Source: Planctomycetota bacterium
GTDB taxonomy: Bacteria > Planctomycetota > Phycisphaerae > UBA1845 > CAIVHJ01
Length of the DNA stretch: 37,531 nt
Direction: 5' to 3'
Assembly (NCBI GenBank): GCA_022573485.1
Contig: JACZTW010000002.1
Coordinates: 1 to 37,531 of the forward strand
Below, piece after piece: positions 25,102 to 33,243 of the stretch; position 1 is the stretch's first letter, and the number at the start of each line of letters is the position of its first letter. Made by a program: the position numbers and the translations under genes. The notes beneath the pieces were generated by a model. The model ran no database searches, was not told the origin of the DNA, and saw only the letters and a program-made list of their open reading frames with translations.

Positions 25102-26187
25102 ATGATCAAAGCGGGTATTATCGGATTGGGTTACTGGGGACCGAACCTTCTGCGGAACTTTTGTAAGAATCCGGACATCGAGGTCGTGACCGCGGCGGAC
25201 CCGCGGCCCGAGGCGCGAAGTAGTTTGCAAAGCCAGTATCCCAGCGTGCGCTACGTCGAAGACGGCATGGCGGTCATCGACGATCCCGAAGTGGAGGCGG
25301 TTGCGATCGCCACACCCGTCCACACTCATTACCCGCTGGCCAAGGCGGCACTCGAGGCGGGCAAGCACGTGTGGATCGAAAAGCCGCTGACCGACAACGC
25401 CGAGCAAGCTGCCGAGTTGGTGGCGCTCGCGGAGAAGAACGACCTTATCCTGCTTACCGATCATACGTTCATCTACACGCCGGCCGTCGAGAAACTCAAA
25501 GATTTGGTACTGCGCGGCGAGTTGGGCGACATTTATTATTATGATTCCGTGCGCGTCAATCTGGGCCTGTTCCAGAACGAACTGAGTGTGCTGTGGGACC
25601 TCGGCCCGCACGACGTGTCGATCATGCAGCATCTCATCGACAAGCCCATGAAATGGGTGCAGGCGGTCGGAGCCAAACACGCCGGGCAGTCGCAGGAAAC
25701 GTTGGCGTACATCACGGTACAGTTCGAAGACAACATCATCGGCCACGTCCACGTCAACTGGCTGGCGCCGGCCAAGATCCGGCAAGTCATCGTCGGCGGA
25801 TCGAAGCGGATGTGCATCTACGACGACAACGAGCCCTCCGAAAAAATCAAGGTCTACGATAAGGGCGTGGAACTCAAGTCCATCGAAGGCATCCACAGCG
25901 CGCTGGTGCAATATCGCCTCGGCGACATGCACGCCCCGGCGCTGCCGAATGAAGAAGCGCTGGCCCGGGCTACGGCGCACTTCGCCCATTGCATCAAGTC
26001 CCACACGCAGCCGATCACCGACGGCCGGGCCGGCTTGGCCGTGGTGCAGGTCCTGGAGGCGGCCCAGCAGTCAATGGCTGAGCAGGGCCGGCGAGTGTAC
26101 TTCGTGGATCCGCGCCGAGAGGACCCCGCCAAACACTATCAAGACAAGCTCGTGCAACTGATTTCCTCGCCGACGATGGTCCGATAG
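25102..26187 (+). CDS. Gfo/Idh/MocA family oxidoreductase (WbpB/WlbA-like sugar-nucleotide dehydrogenase)
   Basis: MIKAGIIGLGYWGPNLLRNF (Rossmann), HVWIEKPL, with a dimerisation and C-terminal domain. Divergent from the acetyltransferase/aminotransferase pair. Confidence 0.85.
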   Translation: MIKAGIIGLGYWGPNLLRNFCKNPDIEVVTAADPRPEARSSLQSQYPSVRYVEDGMAVIDDPEVEAVAIATPVHTHYPLAKAALEAGKHVWIEKPLTDNAEQAAELVALAEKNDLILLTDHTFIYTPAVEKLKDLVLRGELGDIYYYDSVRVNLGLFQNELSVLWDLGPHDVSIMQHLIDKPMKWVQAVGAKHAGQSQETLAYITVQFEDNIIGHVHVNWLAPAKIRQVIVGGSKRMCIYDDNEPSEKIKVYDKGVELKSIEGIHSALVQYRLGDMHAPALPNEEALARATAHFAHCIKSHTQPITDGRAGLAVVQVLEAAQQSMAEQGRRVYFVDPRREDPAKHYQDKLVQLISSPTMVR

Positions 26188-26401
26188 GCGGAGGATGGCT
26201 GTCAATGCCCGCGTCCTGCCCGATCAGCCCGTCTGCAAGCATTTCGTGAGTTTCCAGAGCGTTAAGCGGTTCTGCGATCAGGCCGAAATGTAAATGGTTC
26301 TATGCGCTTAGGCTTCGTCAGAGGCTGGAGCACGGGCCCGAGCCGCCGCAGCGGAGCGCAGGTCGCCCCGCGCGCTGCCGAGCCGGGAACCAGAGGGAAT
26401 C

Positions 26402-28393
26402 ATGCAGAGCCCGACGCTCAAAAAGTCTGCTCGTCATCGTGGCGGCCTCACGTCCGGGGCACTGCCCTGGCTTTATGTGTCGACCCTGGTTGGGTTCGTC
26501 GTAGTGGCCAGTATGTTGATTTATGCAGGCCGGAAATTCAACGCCGAATCGGTCGCCATTCAAACACAGACCAAGGCGATCAGCGAACAGCAGGTGCTCA
26601 GCGAGCGACTCAAGACGCTGGCGACCGAGCACTGGTTTCCCGACGCGGACATGATCGACCTCAAAGACCGGCAGAGCGAAACGACGCAACAAATGAAGGC
26701 TGTTCTGGCGCGCCTGGAAATGCTCTCCGAATCGCCGGAGCTGGCCGACTTTTATTCGGGTGATATGAAGTTCTACGTCGAGCAAATGATTACGAGTTGG
26801 GGCACGGCGCAATACGAACTGCGCCATATCTCCAAGGTACACATCCACCGCGGCGGACGCGAGCTGCAGCGCGTGCAGCAGGCCTGCGATCAATTGCTCC
26901 GCAGCGGCGCGTATTTGATGCAGGAATCACTCGGCGCCCAGCAGGCCAATCAGTCAAAACGAACGAAGCTGCTGTATCTCTTCGCGGGCAGCCTGGGACT
27001 TCTGGGCATGATCATGCTGTGGTCACTGTGGGCGGCGAGCGAAACTCGGATGGAGATTCTGGCTCTGAACCTGCAACTGGAGGAGCGCGTCGCCGAGCGG
27101 ACGGCGGAGCTCGAGAAAGCCAACATGTTCCTCTCCAACGTGCAGTCGTCGATCGGCTCGGCGCTGGTGGTGATCGATCCGCAGAACAAGATCATCAGTT
27201 GGAATCCAGCGTCGGAGAAGCTGTGGGGCCTGTCTCGCAGTCAGGCGGAAGGGCGGGATGTCTTCTCGGCACTGCCGCTGGAAGACCCCGAAAGTTTCCA
27301 TTCCGCCGTGCGGAAAGTCCACCAGACGTTGCAACCCGTGTCGCTCGGAGAACTGGGCTTGAAGGACTACTGTGGGACGCCCGCCGCGGCAGGCTGGGGG
27401 AACGGCTCGCTGGTGCCGATGGTGGGACCGCTGGGCGAGTTGCGCGGCATCGTCATTCTGGTGGATGACGTCACTGAGCGCATCCACACCCGCCGGGAGC
27501 TGGCCGCCCGCGCCGAACAAATTGCCGAGACAAACAGCACGCTGAAACGACTCAACAACGACATGGAGCAGTTCGTCTATGCCGCTTCGCACGACCTCCG
27601 CTCGCCGATGGTCAACATGCACGGACTCACCAAGAAGCTCGACAAGACCTTCGAAAAGGTGCGCGAGCGTTTGAACGGCCACGGCCGATCCGCCGATGCG
27701 GAGGACAGCGCCGAGCCGTCGGAACTGCAGAACCTGCTGGACCACGACATTCCTCGGCTGCTGCTGCGGATCAATCGCAGCATCAGCAAATTCGGATCGA
27801 TCATCGACGGCCTGCTGCGCTATTCGCGGACCGGCCGCGAGGAGTACCACCGCATCGAAATAGACATGGCCCAGGAAGTGGCCCGGGCCATCGAGTTGTA
27901 TACGGCAACGGTCGAAGAGAAGGGCGTGCAGATTTACGTCGATGATCTGCCGCCGGCCTTCGGAGATCCGGATGCGATCAATAAGGTGCTCGCTAACTTG
28001 ATCGAGAATGCGCTGAAGTACCTCGATCCGGATCGCGACGGTGAGATTGTAGTTGAAGGCCGAGAACAGGATGACGGGATGTGTACGTATTTCATCCGCG
28101 ACAACGGCGTGGGCATTCGGGAAGGCGACCTCGAGCGGGTATTCAAGATATTCGAGCGTGTCGATTCGGGAAACGAGAAGGGCGAGGGTCTGGGATTGGC
28201 GATTGTGAAGCGAATAGTCGAGCGGCACGGCGGCGAGATTTCGGTGGAATCGCGCTGGAACGAAGGTACGACCTTCTGGTTCACGCTGCCCGCCGTGCGG
28301 GCCGACGAACCGCGGGTCCCGGCACGCCGGGAGAATCCCGACACGTCGGGAGCCCGCGCGGATCTTCCAGTGGGAGAGCGCCGCCCCAGGTGA
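26402..28393 (+). CDS. membrane sensor histidine kinase (2 TM + ~170-aa extracytoplasmic helical domain, PAS, HisKA, HATPase_c)
   Basis: TM segments LPWLYVSTLVGFVVVASMLIYA and LLYLFAGSLGLLGMIMLWSLWAA. PAS-like ALVVIDPQNKIISWNPASEKLWG. H-box ASHDLRSPMVNM, N-box ANLIENALKY, G-boxes IRDNGVGI and GEGLGLAIVKRIVERHGG. Confidence 0.9.
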   Translation: MQSPTLKKSARHRGGLTSGALPWLYVSTLVGFVVVASMLIYAGRKFNAESVAIQTQTKAISEQQVLSERLKTLATEHWFPDADMIDLKDRQSETTQQMKAVLARLEMLSESPELADFYSGDMKFYVEQMITSWGTAQYELRHISKVHIHRGGRELQRVQQACDQLLRSGAYLMQESLGAQQANQSKRTKLLYLFAGSLGLLGMIMLWSLWAASETRMEILALNLQLEERVAERTAELEKANMFLSNVQSSIGSALVVIDPQNKIISWNPASEKLWGLSRSQAEGRDVFSALPLEDPESFHSAVRKVHQTLQPVSLGELGLKDYCGTPAAAGWGNGSLVPMVGPLGELRGIVILVDDVTERIHTRRELAARAEQIAETNSTLKRLNNDMEQFVYAASHDLRSPMVNMHGLTKKLDKTFEKVRERLNGHGRSADAEDSAEPSELQNLLDHDIPRLLLRINRSISKFGSIIDGLLRYSRTGREEYHRIEIDMAQEVARAIELYTATVEEKGVQIYVDDLPPAFGDPDAINKVLANLIENALKYLDPDRDGEIVVEGREQDDGMCTYFIRDNGVGIREGDLERVFKIFERVDSGNEKGEGLGLAIVKRIVERHGGEISVESRWNEGTTFWFTLPAVRADEPRVPARRENPDTSGARADLPVGERRPR

Positions 28394-28464
28394 ACGCCCG
28401 CGGGAGCTCCCGACGTGTCGGGATTCCATTCCGCCCCCGGCTCGGTAAGTCGTTGAAGGAGAGT

Positions 28465-30135
28465 ATGACGGTGAGTCGAACTGAACCCCGCCGTAAGGCA
28501 ACGATCCTGCTGGTCGATGACGACGAGATTTTCGTCGAATTGATGAGCGACGAACTCAAACCCCACTTCGTGGTGGAATGGGCCCGAGACGGCAAGACGG
28601 CGCTGGAATCGGTAGGCCGGCGGACGCCGGACGCCATCTTTCTGGATCAGGGTCTGCCGGATCTCTCCGGGGTGGCGCTGATCGACGAACTGCGGAAAGC
28701 GGGGTGCGAATCTCCGGTGGTCATGCTGACGGCGTCTCAGGACGTACACGTGGCGGCGGCGGCCATGCGGGCCGGTGCCATCGACTTCGTCGTCAAAGAC
28801 GCCGGCGACCCCTTCTACGACGACATCGTTCCCACCGCCACGCGGGCCGTCGAGAAATGGAACAATGAAAAGGAACTCGAATACCTGCGCGAGCTGGAAG
28901 AAGAGCAAGTCCGGCGGACCACGAAGCTCAACGAGGAGCTGCGCCACGCCAACGATCAGCTCGAAGAGGCCTATCAAGACATCGCGGCCTCGCAAGGCCA
29001 GCTCCGGGCCAAGAACCAGCGACTCAGCGAGTTGTATGACACGGCCCACCGCTTTGTCGACAACGTCTCGCACGAGATGCGCACGCCTTTGACGGTCATC
29101 AAGGAATTCGTGTCCATCATTCTGGACGGCCTGGCCGGCGAGGTCAACGAGGAGCAGCGCGAATACCTGTCGATCACGATGGCCAAGACCAACGACCTGG
29201 CCCGCATGGTCGAAGACATGCTGGATATCAGCAAGATCGAAGCGGGCTTGTTTCGCGTGGAGCGCACGCGCTGCCGGTTCGGCGACGTGCTCGACGGCGT
29301 TCGGAATTCGATCGAGCAGCAAGCCCGGCGGTGCAACATTGAACTTTTGATCGGTGAGGACCCCGATTTGCCGGACCTGTTCTGCGATAAGGAGAAGGCC
29401 GGCCGAGTCTTGATCAATCTGGTTGTCAACGCGACCAAGTTCTCCGACCAGGGCACAAAGGTCTGGGTCCACGCCCGCTTGGGCGCGCGGCGGGATGAAG
29501 TCGTGATCGACGTGCGCGATCAAGGTTCCGGAATCGGGCCGGAGAATCTGCAAATCATCTTCGAGCGCTTCCAGCAGGTCGGCCAGGGCAAACGTTCCAG
29601 CACCAAGGGCTTCGGCCTGGGTTTGAACATCGTCAAGGAACTGGCCTGTCTGAACCTGGGCGACATCAGCGTGCAAAGCACGCTCGGTGAGGGCAGCACC
29701 TTCTCGCTGACCGTCCCCGTGTTTGACTACGAGCACCTGATTCATCGTTTCATTGCCCGCCGAGAGACATTTGATCGTCACGGCGATCAAGTGGTCATTA
29801 TCCGAGCCGCGGCGGACCCGAGCGGGCCGGCGCCCGACATTGGATCCCATATCGCGAGTTTCGTGGCCCACTATCTGGCAGCGTTCGATTTGACATTTGA
29901 CCGGCCGGACCAGAACGACGTCATCCTGTTGGCGTTGACGTCGGACCCGAAAGCGATGGTCAACCGCCTGCTGACCAAGAATCGCGAGGAGATGCGCCTG
30001 TCGCCGGGCAGCACGGTGGACGTGTCCTTTGAAGTACTGCACCGTTGGGACGTAAACGAGGATCCGTCGAACATTGCAGAGACATTCGTTGCACTGTTTG
30101 GCCATGAATTCGCGGAGCAATCCAATGAACCGTAA
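28465..30135 (+). CDS. response-regulator/histidine-kinase hybrid (N-terminal REC, coiled coil, HisKA, HATPase_c, unassigned ~135-aa C-terminal domain)
   Basis: Start moved to ATG 28465, after GAAGGAGAG; the track ORF 28081.. overlaps the upstream gene. REC: ATILLVDDDEIF...AIFLDQGLPDLSG...VVMLTAS...DFVVKD. H-box VSHEMRTPLTVI, N-box LVVNATKFS, G-boxes VRDQGSGIG and GFGLGLNIV. Confidence 0.88.
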   Translation: MTVSRTEPRRKATILLVDDDEIFVELMSDELKPHFVVEWARDGKTALESVGRRTPDAIFLDQGLPDLSGVALIDELRKAGCESPVVMLTASQDVHVAAAAMRAGAIDFVVKDAGDPFYDDIVPTATRAVEKWNNEKELEYLRELEEEQVRRTTKLNEELRHANDQLEEAYQDIAASQGQLRAKNQRLSELYDTAHRFVDNVSHEMRTPLTVIKEFVSIILDGLAGEVNEEQREYLSITMAKTNDLARMVEDMLDISKIEAGLFRVERTRCRFGDVLDGVRNSIEQQARRCNIELLIGEDPDLPDLFCDKEKAGRVLINLVVNATKFSDQGTKVWVHARLGARRDEVVIDVRDQGSGIGPENLQIIFERFQQVGQGKRSSTKGFGLGLNIVKELACLNLGDISVQSTLGEGSTFSLTVPVFDYEHLIHRFIARRETFDRHGDQVVIIRAAADPSGPAPDIGSHIASFVAHYLAAFDLTFDRPDQNDVILLALTSDPKAMVNRLLTKNREEMRLSPGSTVDVSFEVLHRWDVNEDPSNIAETFVALFGHEFAEQSNEP

Positions 30136-30514
30136 GAAAATCCTCATCGTCGATGATGATCGTCAAGTGTCACTGGCGTTGTCTATTCGGCTTAAGGCGG
30201 CGGACTACGACGTGGACGTCGCCGGCGACGGTGAAAACGCGCTGGAGAAACTCACGGCCAGCGTGCCCGACGTGGTCCTGCTCGACATGCGCATGCCGGG
30301 CATCGACGGGTTGGAGGTCATGAGACGAATGAAACAGGATCCGCGGCTGGCGAACATCCCGGTGATTTTCGTATCCGCCAACGCCCAGGAAACCGCCAAG
30401 CGGGCAGCGCTCAACGCGGGCGGGAAGATCTTCCTGGAAAAGCCCTTCGAATCGCGCGCCCTTTTGGAGGCCATCCAGCGCGTGCTCGAACAGAATTCAG
30501 GAGTCACGACCTGA
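30125..30514 (+). CDS. single-domain (CheY-like) response regulator
   Basis: MNRKKILIVDDDRQVS...VVLLDMRMPGIDG...VIFVSAN...FLEKPF shows the full DD-D-S/T-K receiver signature. ATG 30125 overlaps the upstream gene by 11 nt. Confidence 0.9.
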   Translation: MNRKKILIVDDDRQVSLALSIRLKAADYDVDVAGDGENALEKLTASVPDVVLLDMRMPGIDGLEVMRRMKQDPRLANIPVIFVSANAQETAKRAALNAGGKIFLEKPFESRALLEAIQRVLEQNSGVTT

Positions 30515-30516
30515 TC

Positions 30517-31419
30517 ATGCGTACCAAGTCCGTTCTCATCGCAGACGACGATGCCATGCTGGTCCGCGTGCTCACGGTGCGCTGCCGGCACCTGGGCCTC
30601 GAGGTGCGTCAGGCCTCGGACGCCATGCAGGCACTGGTCATGATTCACAAGGATCCGCCGGACTTGATCATCATGGACGTTTCCATGCCCGCCGGAGACG
30701 GCCTGAGCGCCTGCAAGATGCTGGCCTCCGACTCGCGTTTGCAGGAGATTCCCGTGATCATTCTCACAGGACGATCGGATGAGCAGATTCGCGAGCAGGT
30801 CGGCGGAATGGGCGCCCACTATGTCTTGAAATCGCCGGACTGCTGGCAGGAAATCAAGCCGCTGCTGGGTCGCCTTTTGAACCTGGAGCTTGAGTCTGAG
30901 CCTACGCCCGACCCGAAGCCTGCTCCGCCTGCGGCGGACCGCGGCGGACCGGCTCGTCGGATGCAAGAGGCACGCTCCGCGGCTCGACTGAGCTCGTCGA
31001 AGTCCGCAGCGGACCACGCCTCCGGCCGGCCGCGAGTGCTGGTCGTCGATGACGATCCCAGCGTGACCGAAGCGCTGCGCATTCGGTTGGAATCGAGCAA
31101 TTACCGGGTCATTTGTGCCCACGGAGGAGCCGCGGCCTACTGGGCGGCGATGGAGCAAAAGCCGAACATCATCACGCTCGATATCGGCATGCCGGAGTTG
31201 GACGGCGCGGATCTTCTGAAGAAGCTGAAGTCGCACCCGCTCACTCGGGGAATTCCAGTGATTGTCCTGACCGGCAATACGGATCAGAGCACCAAAAAGG
31301 AACTCTTGAATCTGGGAGCGGCCGCGTACCTGACCAAGCCGTTTCAGAGCAGCGATTTGCTCCTTGAAATCGAGAACATCTTGGCTGCTGCAGGCACGGA
31401 AGCTCACACCGATCACTGA
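30517..31419 (+). CDS. tandem double-receiver (REC-REC) protein with Pro-rich linker, no output domain
   Basis: REC1: VLIADDDAML...LIIMDVSMPAGDG...VIILTG...HYVLKSPD. Linker: EPTPDPKPAPPAADRGGP... REC2: VLVVDDDPSV...IITLDIGMPELDG...VIVLTG...YLTKPF. Confidence 0.88.
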   Translation: MRTKSVLIADDDAMLVRVLTVRCRHLGLEVRQASDAMQALVMIHKDPPDLIIMDVSMPAGDGLSACKMLASDSRLQEIPVIILTGRSDEQIREQVGGMGAHYVLKSPDCWQEIKPLLGRLLNLELESEPTPDPKPAPPAADRGGPARRMQEARSAARLSSSKSAADHASGRPRVLVVDDDPSVTEALRIRLESSNYRVICAHGGAAAYWAAMEQKPNIITLDIGMPELDGADLLKKLKSHPLTRGIPVIVLTGNTDQSTKKELLNLGAAAYLTKPFQSSDLLLEIENILAAAGTEAHTDH

Positions 31420-31442
31420 AGCGTAGATACAGGAGAGTTTCC

Positions 31443-32273
31443 GTGACCGAATCGACAGCCACCAGAGCCAAGCTGATTCTCGTCGTCGACGATGAACCGG
31501 CGGTGGTACAGGCGCTGGCCAAGCGCTGCGAACTCCTGGGGCTTCAGGTCTGCGAAGCCCACAACGCCGTCGAGGCCATGGCGGCCATCAACCAGCAAGA
31601 GGTTCGGCCCAGTCTTCTCTTGGTGGATTACAACATGCCCGGCGCGGACGGACTCACGCTGTGTGACATGCTCAAGACCAACGAAGGCCTGTCGTCGCTG
31701 CCGGTCATTCTCTTGACTGGATACGATGACCAAGACACGCGCCGCCGTTGCAGGGATGCGGGAGCGCATTACGTGCGCAAGGATGTCGATTCCTGGAAAA
31801 ATCTGGAGCCGCTGATCTGCCGCCTGCTCGGTTTGGAAAGGCGCGCTCCTGTCCCGGTTCCGGATCCGCCGTCGTCCACGCCGAATCCGCCGCCAAAGCC
31901 CGAGGGCAAGAAGATACTGATCATCGACGACGATCCCATGATCGCCAAGGGACTGCGCGTCCGGCTCGAGGCGCTGGGCTATCGGGCCACGGGTGCCCTG
32001 ACCGGCATGCAGGGTTATCTGGCTGCGATCAAGGAGCATCCGGACCTGATTGTGCTCGATTACAAGATGCCGGAAGGTTGGGGAAACACCATCCTGGGCA
32101 AGCTCAAGTCAAACGCGCAAACCGTTGATATCCCGGTCATCATCCTGTCCGGCATGACCGACCTGGGCATCCAGCGGGATATCTTAAGATTGGGGGCGGA
32201 GTGCTGGATCAACAAGCCGTTCGAAATGAAGGACTTCATCAAGATCATCAAGGATTACATAGGCGCGCCCTGA
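31443..32273 (+). CDS. tandem double-receiver (REC-REC) protein, paralogue of the preceding gene
   Basis: GTG start after AGGAGAG. REC1: LILVVDDEPAV...LLLVDYNMPGADG...VILLTG...HYVRKDVD. Linker: PVPVPDPPSSTPNPPPKPEG. REC2: ILIIDDDPMI...LIVLDYKMPEGWG...VIILSG...WINKPF. Same architecture as 30517..31419, sharing the unusual REC1 tail AHYV-x-K-x-x-D-x-W...PL-x-x-RLL-x-LE. Confidence 0.88.
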   Translation: MTESTATRAKLILVVDDEPAVVQALAKRCELLGLQVCEAHNAVEAMAAINQQEVRPSLLLVDYNMPGADGLTLCDMLKTNEGLSSLPVILLTGYDDQDTRRRCRDAGAHYVRKDVDSWKNLEPLICRLLGLERRAPVPVPDPPSSTPNPPPKPEGKKILIIDDDPMIAKGLRVRLEALGYRATGALTGMQGYLAAIKEHPDLIVLDYKMPEGWGNTILGKLKSNAQTVDIPVIILSGMTDLGIQRDILRLGAECWINKPFEMKDFIKIIKDYIGAP

Positions 32274-32274
32274 G

Positions 32275-32376
32275 CCCGCCGCAGGGAGAGGACGGAGGAC
32301 GGAGGACGGAGAACGGAGGACTGAGAACAACGTTGATAGCAGGTTCTCAGCACTCAGCACTCAGCACTCAGTCCTG
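32275..32376 (+). repeat. heptamer-armed repeat element, copy A
   Basis: (GAGGACG)x3-GAGAACG-GAGGACT-GAGAAC (32288-32328), core AACGTTGATAGCAGGTTCTCAG, then (CACTCAG)x3 (32351-32371). The 28-nt core 32330-32357 is an exact reverse-complement match to 34526-34553. Confidence 0.9.
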
Positions 32377-32405
32377 AACAGGCGGCGGGATTCGAGAGGA
32401 ACGCC

Positions 32406-33158
32406 ATGATCTCCGAAACGGTAAACGAAACAGACACACTGCTCATTCGTTACACGTTCGAATTCGAGGATGGGCATCGCGAGTCACACGAGGTTCGCCT
32501 GCACCGCGAATCACTGGAACTGTGCGAACCAGTCAAATCTGAGCGGACCCAGCCCGCCGGCGGGTTGCCGGAATGGACCCGCCTGGAGAACCACAAGTGC
32601 GCCAGTTGTCCGCTGACTTCGGATGCGCACCCGCACTGCCCCGCCGCCGTCGCACTGGCCAACGTGTCTACGAGTTTTGGGAACCGCATGTCCTACACGC
32701 CGGTCCACGTGACCGTCGAGACACCCACGCGCACGATCACGCGGCAGGCGTCGCTGCAGGAAGCGCTGTTTCCGCTCCTCGGGCTGCGTATGGCCACCAG
32801 CGGCTGCCCGATACTCAGCAAGCTTCGGCCCATGGCGCGTTTCCACCTGCCCTTCGCCGATTCGGAAGAGACGGCCTACCGAGCGATCTCCATGTACCTG
32901 GTCAGTCAGTTCCTCAGGCAGAGCAAAGGCCTGCCGGCGGAGTTCGATTTGCGCGGGCTCGCTGAAATATACGAGCAAGTCCATGAAGTGAACCTGACCT
33001 TCAGCAAGCGCCTGGCCCAGGCCAGTTCATCCGATGCCAACATCAACAGCCTGACCACGCTGGACATGTTCGCCCAGGATGTGCCCTGGAGCATCGAGGC
33101 CGCCCTGCCCTCGTTGGATCAGGTCTTCGCGCCGTATCTCAAGAGTTCAGGAGTTTAG
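32406..33158 (+). CDS. hypothetical Cys-rich protein of unknown family
   Basis: 250 aa with clean protein-like composition. Cys/His cluster ...LENHKCASCPLTSDAHPHCPAA... plus ...MATSGCPIL... No family recognised by eye. Last gene on the + strand of the kinase/receiver locus. Confidence 0.7.
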   Translation: MISETVNETDTLLIRYTFEFEDGHRESHEVRLHRESLELCEPVKSERTQPAGGLPEWTRLENHKCASCPLTSDAHPHCPAAVALANVSTSFGNRMSYTPVHVTVETPTRTITRQASLQEALFPLLGLRMATSGCPILSKLRPMARFHLPFADSEETAYRAISMYLVSQFLRQSKGLPAEFDLRGLAEIYEQVHEVNLTFSKRLAQASSSDANINSLTTLDMFAQDVPWSIEAALPSLDQVFAPYLKSSGV

Positions 33159-33243
33159 GAGTTAGGAGTTGATTGTCTCAACAGCTCCTCGACTCTTTAG
33201 CTCCCAACTCCTGAACCCCAAAACTCCTAAACTCTTAAACTCC
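33142..33243. repeat. heptamer-armed long hairpin between convergent genes (probable bidirectional terminator)
   Basis: Left arm has AGGAGTT units at 33149-33155, 33157-33163 and 33164-33170. Right arm has complementary AACTCCT/AACTCT/AACTCC units (33206-33243). The arms overlap the last codons and stops of both genes (TAG 33156-33158; TAA on the minus strand at 33235-33237). Confidence 0.8.

Noticed and set aside
27023-30147. 492-aa and 737-aa minus-strand ORFs opposite the two histidine-kinase genes; also 30205..31416(-) and 31413..32039(-) opposite the receiver genes
   Set aside because: These are shadow ORFs. The + frames contain complete H, N, G1 and G2 boxes and receiver signatures.
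32288-32371. Possible CRISPR array or coding low-complexity region, considered because of regular short repeats
   Set aside because: The repeat unit is only 7 nt with no spacers, the region is outside any ORF, and no cas genes are present. It is a microsatellite-armed element, not a CRISPR array.
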